A program made the translations under genes and the position numbers. The notes under the pieces are model-generated. The model made no database searches. It was not told the origin of the DNA and was given only the letters and a program-made list of their open reading frames with translations. A DNA stretch of 32,000 nt from Candidatus Methylomirabilis oxygeniifera (GTDB taxonomy: Bacteria; Methylomirabilota; Methylomirabilia; Methylomirabilales; Methylomirabilaceae), in NCBI GenBank assembly GCA_000091165.1, contig FP565575.1:1590001-1622000 (forward strand), written 5' to 3'. Positions 27,075 through 32,000 of this stretch are shown in pieces. Positions within the stretch are counted from its first letter, which is position 1. Each line of letters opens with the position of its first letter.

Positions 27075-28880
27075 ATGTCGTTCGGCCTCCGAGGCAAAGC
27101 GGTCCTCGGCATCAGTCTTCTGGTCTTCCTGATCGTCTCACTTACGGTGGTCGTTCACCTCTCCACCACCACCCGCTTGGTTGTTCAGCATGCGGCGGAA
27201 AAGGGCGCCATACAGGCACAGCACATCTTCTCCGGAAGCACCCGGGTCATGGCTCGCGCGCAGAGGAGCCGTTTAGGGGATGCGTTGCGCAACGATCGAG
27301 AACTCCGCGCGCTTCTCGACGCCAGCATCGGCTATTCCCCGCACTTGGTCTATGCCATGATTACCGACCGCTCGGATACGGTCCTCATGCACAGTCAGCG
27401 TTCCCGTGAAGGAAACAAGGTCCCACCCAGACCGAAGATTGAACAGTTGATGGCGATCAACCCTCTTCGTCAGCTCGCGGTACTGGCCGGCCAGCACCAG
27501 GTACTTGAGACCGTCCTGCCGCTCAGCCTCAACGATCGGCCTTTCGGGGCAATTCGGCTTGGATTGGCCGGCGGTCTCCTCTGGCGCGAACTCTTGCCCG
27601 CGGTTCGGCAAAGTGTGCTGCTGGCACTACTCGCTTTCCCGCTCGCCTGGATCGTCGCCCTTGTCCTGTCGAACCTGGTGGTCGCGTCGTTGCGTCAGAT
27701 TGCCCAAGGCGTTGATCGGATGGCACGCGGCGAGTTTGACACAGTCTTTACGTCCGACCGCGACGACGAGGTAGGACAGATTGCGGCAAAGCTCAATCTC
27801 CTGGGGCGGCAGGTCCAGGAAGACCGATCCTCCCTGATCAGCGAAAAGGTCAGATTGGAAGGGATCGTTCACCGTCTGGAAGACGCCATCATCCTGCTGA
27901 ATAGCGAACAGGCTATCATCTTCGCCAACCCCGCCGCCGAGATCCTGCTGGTCCGTCCACTCGTGCATGCTGTCGGTCAATCGCTGGCACATATCCTGGG
28001 GGAGACTCACCCATTAGTCGCGGCAACGGTCGAGAGTTTCCAGCGGCAAGCGCCCGTGCGAAACCTGACGCTTCAAATGAGGGAACACCGCGACGTCCCT
28101 TTAGATGTCCTAGCCTCCATCTACCCGGTGCTCGATAAGGATGGTATCGTCGGGGGAATGATCCTTCTCAAAAATACCGAACCACTCCGCCAGATCCAGT
28201 CACTCGTAGACTATTCCAGAAAGCTGGCCGACCTTGGGAGGCTCACCTCTGGGGTGGCCCATGAAATCAAGAATCCGTTGAACGCCATGATCATTCACTT
28301 AGAGCTGTTGAAACAGAAATTGAACGATCCTTCGGAGACGGTGGCGAAGAGTCTGGAATTTCTCGGGGGAGAGGTTCATCGCCTTGATCGTATGGTGCAA
28401 GGCTTTCTCCGATTTGTCCGTCCTCAAACGCTTGCGCTTCGACCCATGAGCCTCAATACCCTCCTCCAGGAAGTCGTCCGGTTGGCTGAGGCGCAAGGAG
28501 CGCATGCCGGGGTGACGTTTGTACTTCGCCTCGACGGCACGATCCCTCCGATCAATGGCGATCATGAGCTGCTTCGACAGGCCTTCCTCAACCTGGTCCT
28601 GAATGCGTGCCAGGCAATGCCGGATGGAGGAGCGGTCACCCTTGCCACGGATCGGAGCGCTGAGGGTGCCATCCGCGCCCACGTCATCGATCACGGCATA
28701 GGGATTCCCGCGGAAGACCTCGACAAGATATTCCGTCTTTACTACACTACCAAGCCGGACGGGAACGGGATCGGGCTGTCGTTGGTGTACCGAATCGTTC
28801 AGATGCACGGCGGCAGCGTCGAGGTCGACTCGAAGGTAGGACAGGGAACAACAATGGCGGTCACTTTTCCTGTAGCCTGA
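27075..28880 (+). CDS. Membrane sensor histidine kinase with HAMP and PAS domains
   Basis: Periplasmic sensor between two TM segments, HAMP (LRQIAQGVDRMARGEFDTVF), PAS, HisKA (LGRLTSGVAHEIKNPLNAMI), HATPase (NLVLNACQAMPDGG, GNGIGLSLVYRIVQMHGG). Confidence 0.95.
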   Translation: MSFGLRGKAVLGISLLVFLIVSLTVVVHLSTTTRLVVQHAAEKGAIQAQHIFSGSTRVMARAQRSRLGDALRNDRELRALLDASIGYSPHLVYAMITDRSDTVLMHSQRSREGNKVPPRPKIEQLMAINPLRQLAVLAGQHQVLETVLPLSLNDRPFGAIRLGLAGGLLWRELLPAVRQSVLLALLAFPLAWIVALVLSNLVVASLRQIAQGVDRMARGEFDTVFTSDRDDEVGQIAAKLNLLGRQVQEDRSSLISEKVRLEGIVHRLEDAIILLNSEQAIIFANPAAEILLVRPLVHAVGQSLAHILGETHPLVAATVESFQRQAPVRNLTLQMREHRDVPLDVLASIYPVLDKDGIVGGMILLKNTEPLRQIQSLVDYSRKLADLGRLTSGVAHEIKNPLNAMIIHLELLKQKLNDPSETVAKSLEFLGGEVHRLDRMVQGFLRFVRPQTLALRPMSLNTLLQEVVRLAEAQGAHAGVTFVLRLDGTIPPINGDHELLRQAFLNLVLNACQAMPDGGAVTLATDRSAEGAIRAHVIDHGIGIPAEDLDKIFRLYYTTKPDGNGIGLSLVYRIVQMHGGSVEVDSKVGQGTTMAVTFPVA

Positions 28881-28886
28881 TCCATA

Positions 28887-29333
28887 GTGAAAGAGATCTT
28901 AGCGGCAACGTTCCGAATAATCGTCACGTTTCTATGCCTCATGCTGACGGCGGGTTGCACTCAGCTTAAGGCGGTATTCACACCAACCCGTTCGCCCTCA
29001 GGCGCCGGGCGCCCGGCGCGTCAGACACTACCACCAGGGTCTGCGCATCCGGCGCGTCAGGAGCCATCGCCGCGGCTGGCTCCCCAGGTAAGCTCTGATC
29101 GGGAAAAGCAACTGACGGAGGAGATCAATACAACGATCCAGGAGGTCGAACGGGCCCTTCTGTCGGTCGATCAGCGGAAACTGAAGGCCGACCAGACGGA
29201 GACGTACCAGACTGTTCAGAGCTTTCTTGCCCAGGCCAGGAAGGCACTCACCGACAAGGACCTCCAGAGGGCAATGAACTTAGCTCAGAAGGCACACATC
29301 CTTTCCGACGAACTCGCCAATATGGTCCATTAA
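28887..29333 (+). CDS. Small coiled-coil lipoprotein
   Basis: Signal peptide with lipobox LTAGC, Pro/Arg-rich linker, helical C-terminal half. 6 nt after the kinase stop. Confidence 0.72.
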   Translation: MKEILAATFRIIVTFLCLMLTAGCTQLKAVFTPTRSPSGAGRPARQTLPPGSAHPARQEPSPRLAPQVSSDREKQLTEEINTTIQEVERALLSVDQRKLKADQTETYQTVQSFLAQARKALTDKDLQRAMNLAQKAHILSDELANMVH

Positions 29334-29509
29334 TCGGCACAACGTCCCTTCTCCCACCGGACTTGGCCCTGCGCCTTATTTCAGGCGCAATAATGCGGGC
29401 AGGGCAGCCGCTTTCGCGTGTCTCCGCCTCATTAACCCAGGAAGAAATTACTCGCCACCCCCCATACTTTCGACTCTTCCTAAGAAACGATTAAGGTTAT
29501 CAGACATTG

Positions 29510-29533
29510 ATGCGGTAATGTAACTTACCGCAT
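29510..29533. promoter_or_regulatory. Putative enhancer-binding site (dyad)
   Basis: Perfect inverted repeat ATGCGGTAA-tgtaac-TTACCGCAT, 40 nt upstream of the sigma54 element. Confidence 0.6.
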
Positions 29534-29573
29534 TTACAATGGTTGCACGTTTTTTGAATCACGGTCGGATTCC

Positions 29574-29589
29574 TGGCATACCGCTTGCT
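29574..29589 (+). promoter_or_regulatory. Sigma54 (RpoN) promoter
   Basis: TGGCATACCGCTTGCT against consensus TGGCACGNNNNTTGCW, with correct GG/GC spacing. Confidence 0.85.
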
Positions 29590-29621
29590 CCCTTTCCATT
29601 CTGAAGAAAGGAGATGGGGCG

Positions 29622-30062
29622 GTGAGCGCACGACAATTGCATTGTACAGGACAGAAGGTGCTCGTCGTAGATGACGATTCATCCTTCAGGGAACTCCTGA
29701 CCGAGCTTCTAGAAACGGCAGGCTACCACGTGTGGACTGCTCAAGACGGCCTGGCCGGCCTTCATGCCCTACACAACGGTCCATTCGATCTCATCCTGGT
29801 GGACTACCGAATGCCTGGAATGACCGGCCTCGACATGGCCGCACACATACGGAGGTCCGATACCGTGACTCCGATCATCCTTATCACGGGCGACTATTAC
29901 ATGCTTGACCCTGAGATCGTGACGCGGGCCGGGGTGACAAAGGTACTGCCGAAACCTCTTAAGATTAATGAGTTCTTAAACGTCTGTTCAATCGGAAAGC
30001 AACAATACAAATATGAACCATGCCTCGACAATCCGAGCAGAGGAGGGAGCTGGGATGCGTAG
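29622..30062 (+). CDS. Single-domain response regulator
   Basis: VLVVDDDSSFRELLTELLETAGYHVWTAQDG...FDLILVDYRMPGMTG...PIILITG...LPKPLKINEF. GTG start with AAAGGAG. No output domain. Confidence 0.9.
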   Translation: MSARQLHCTGQKVLVVDDDSSFRELLTELLETAGYHVWTAQDGLAGLHALHNGPFDLILVDYRMPGMTGLDMAAHIRRSDTVTPIILITGDYYMLDPEIVTRAGVTKVLPKPLKINEFLNVCSIGKQQYKYEPCLDNPSRGGSWDA

Positions 30063-30294
30063 GACATTGTCCAAAGGGATTGCATTAGGGGCGCTGGTAC
30101 TCGCGCTCACCACAGGGTGCGCCGGGATGTCGACACGCCAGCAACGTGCCTTGAGCGGCGGTGCCATCGGCGCGGCCGGCGGCGCAGCGATTGGGGCAAT
30201 GGCCGGCAGCCCGACAACGGGCGCCATCGTGGGTGGCGCGGTAGGAACGGCGACAGGCGCCCTGTGGGACGATATCAAGAAATCGCTGAAGTAA
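30055..30294 (+). CDS. Glycine-zipper small lipoprotein
   Basis: MRRTLSKGIALGALVLALTTGCAG...GGAIGAAGGAAIGAMAGSPTTGAIVGGAVGTATGAL. Lipobox LTTGC, AGGAGG RBS, overlaps the response regulator stop by 8 nt. Confidence 0.85.
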   Translation: MRRTLSKGIALGALVLALTTGCAGMSTRQQRALSGGAIGAAGGAAIGAMAGSPTTGAIVGGAVGTATGALWDDIKKSLK

Positions 30295-30334
30295 GCATTA
30301 CGGACTGACCCCGCACCCCCGGTCGGTCAGTCGT

Positions 30335-30388
30335 GACGGCCTCTCTGATCGGACTTCCCGTCCCGCATCAGAGAGGCCGTCTTCTTTC
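30335..30388 (+). terminator. Rho-independent terminator
   Basis: Perfect 15-bp stem GACGGCCTCTCTGAT (30335-30349) / ATCAGAGAGGCCGTC (30367-30381) followed by ttcttt. Confidence 0.88.
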
Positions 30389-30618
30389 CTCAATCCCCTC
30401 TATCAATCCGGCCTATCTCGTCTTTCCGATCTGTTTCGTCGTTTGGTCCGGACCAAATGGACCAACTGGATGATTTTCCGTGCAAAGCGTGCCGATAAGC
30501 TGAGTGAAGATCATAGGCTTTTCCGATTTGACTTATCGGATATAAGCTGCGTAGTCTTACAAAAGGTTCGTCTCGCATTGAAGACGGGATCGCATATTCA
30601 GCCATCAGGAGGGTTGCC

Positions 30619-31494
30619 ATGGGTCGGCGGTGGACCCTTGCCGGGTTATCAGGTGTGATAGCGCTTGTAGCGTGCCTCGGACTGCTTGGCCCTGCCTGGT
30701 CCGAGACGCCAAAGGTGTTGCGGGTGTCGGCCATCCCGGACGAGAATCCTACCGAGTTGATGCGGATCTACACCCCTTTCGCCGAGTATCTGAGCAAAGA
30801 GCTGGGCATCCCGGTCAAATATATCCCCGTGGTGGACTACGCCGCAACCGTCGAGGCCCTGGCGGCGAAGAAACTGGACATGGTGTGGTACGGCGGGTTC
30901 ACCTTTGTCCAGGCTCGAAAGCGGACAGGCAATGCGATCCCGGTGGTAAGTCGAGAGGAGGATCTGCGTTTTCACAGTAAATTTATTACCAGGCCGGACA
31001 CCGGCATCAAGACCCTGGCCGACCTGAAGGGCAAGAGCTTTTCATTCGGAAGTGTCAGTTCGACATCAGGCCATCTCATGCCGCGCTATTTCCTGCTGCA
31101 GAATGGGATTGACCCGGAAAAAGATTTTGCCACATTCAGCTTCAGCGGGGCTCACGATGCGACAGCGCTATGGGTAGAGAGCGGGAAGGTTGACGCCGGA
31201 GCTTTAAACGAAGCGGTGTGGGACAAGCTGGTTCAGGCCAAGAAGGTCGATCTCAACAAGGTGCAGGTCTTCTGGACGACGCCCCCCTATATCGACTATG
31301 TCTGGACGGTGCGAGGCGATCTGGACAGCAGTCTCGTCGAAAAGATTGCCGCAGCCTTCACCAGGCTGAACTACAGCATTCCAGCGGACAAAGCATTGAT
31401 GGACCTTCAGCGAACGAAGCGATACGTCCGCGTCAAGGCCGAGCAGTTCAAGCCCGCTGAAGAGGCGGCCATTGCTGCCGGGCTGCTTCAATAG
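30619..31494 (+). CDS. Phosphate/phosphite/phosphonate-type ABC transporter substrate-binding protein (PhnD-like)
   Basis: Signal peptide, then VLRVSAIPDENPTELMRIYTPFAEYLSKELGIPVKYIPVVDYAATVEALAAKKLDMVWYGGFTFVQA...GKSFSFGSVSSTSGHLMPRYFLLQ. Confidence 0.92.
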   Translation: MGRRWTLAGLSGVIALVACLGLLGPAWSETPKVLRVSAIPDENPTELMRIYTPFAEYLSKELGIPVKYIPVVDYAATVEALAAKKLDMVWYGGFTFVQARKRTGNAIPVVSREEDLRFHSKFITRPDTGIKTLADLKGKSFSFGSVSSTSGHLMPRYFLLQNGIDPEKDFATFSFSGAHDATALWVESGKVDAGALNEAVWDKLVQAKKVDLNKVQVFWTTPPYIDYVWTVRGDLDSSLVEKIAAAFTRLNYSIPADKALMDLQRTKRYVRVKAEQFKPAEEAAIAAGLLQ

Positions 31495-31508
31495 CGCCCT
31501 CCGAACCG

Positions 31509-32000
31509 ATGTACATACTCGATCGCGTCTCGAAGGTATTCGCCGGTCGGACGATCGCCGTGCACGAGCTTGATCTGAAGGTCCGAAAGGGCGAGCGGGT
31601 GGCGTTCATCGGCCCGAGTGGAGCCGGCAAGACCACGCTGTTCCGAATGTTGAATCTGACCATTCCCCCAACCTCCGGGACCCTTCTGTTCGACGGACTG
31701 GATGTCGGTTGCTTCTCAGGACGGCGGTTGCGAGAGGTTCGATGTCGAATCGGAACGATCTACCAGCAACACAACCTCGTCCCTCGCCTGCAGGTCGTTC
31801 ATAATGTACTTTCAGGCAAACTTGGTGCCTGGTCCATCTGGCAGGCCGCGCGCTCGCTGATCCGGCCGACCGAGATCGAGCTTGCCTCTGAGGCACTCAC
31901 GCAGGTCGGCATTTCCGACAAACTGTACGAGCGGACCGAAACATTATCGGGCGGCCAACAGCAGCGCGTGGCGATCGCCCGGACGCTGGTACAAAATCCG
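31509..32000 (+). CDS. Phosphonate-type ABC transporter ATP-binding protein (PhnC-like), truncated at right edge
   Basis: Frame MYILDRVSKVFAGRTIAVHELDLKVRKGERVAFIGPSGAGKTTLFRMLN...LSGGQQQRVAIARTLVQNP, Walker A and signature motif. Confidence 0.92.
   Translation, partial: MYILDRVSKVFAGRTIAVHELDLKVRKGERVAFIGPSGAGKTTLFRMLNLTIPPTSGTLLFDGLDVGCFSGRRLREVRCRIGTIYQQHNLVPRLQVVHNVLSGKLGAWSIWQAARSLIRPTEIELASEALTQVGISDKLYERTETLSGGQQQRVAIARTLVQNP

Noticed and set aside
28299-28808. 169-aa minus-strand ORF opposite the second histidine kinase
   Set aside because: Antisense to conserved HisKA/HATPase coding sequence.

Overview
This 32 kb window looks like an ordinary bacterial chromosome with GC-rich coding regions. 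Gene content resembles NC10/Methylomirabilis- or deltaproteobacteria-like genomes, but that is only an impression. The left half is mostly a long minus-strand housekeeping cluster, read right to left: tRNA-Val(GAC), thrS, infC, rpmI, rplT, pheS, [plus-strand vapBC insertion with IS630-like and PIN-domain debris], pheT, zapB-like, zapA, 6S RNA, rny, YmdB-like phosphoesterase, folD, hypothetical, DUF971, and two tandem medium-chain dehydrogenases. A PBP1A fragment sits at the left edge. The right half is regulatory and envelope-related: an NtrC-type regulator with its histidine kinase, a divergent sigma54 activator carrying an N-terminal [2Fe-2S] ferredoxin domain and a GTFTGA loop, a coiled-coil/beta-barrel outer-membrane protein, a GlcG/HbpS-like protein, a cupredoxin-like lipoprotein, and a second NtrC regulator with its kinase. 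After these come small lipoproteins, a single-domain response regulator behind a near-perfect sigma54 promoter with an upstream dyad, and a PhnD/PhnC-type transporter cut by the right edge. The best candidates for something under-described are the ferredoxin-sigma54 activator neighbourhood, the sigma54-driven response regulator/glycine-zipper lipoprotein pair, the probable AUC start of infC inside the thrS stop region, and the toxin-antitoxin insertion splitting pheS from pheT. I found no CRISPR array, prophage or recognisable defence island.
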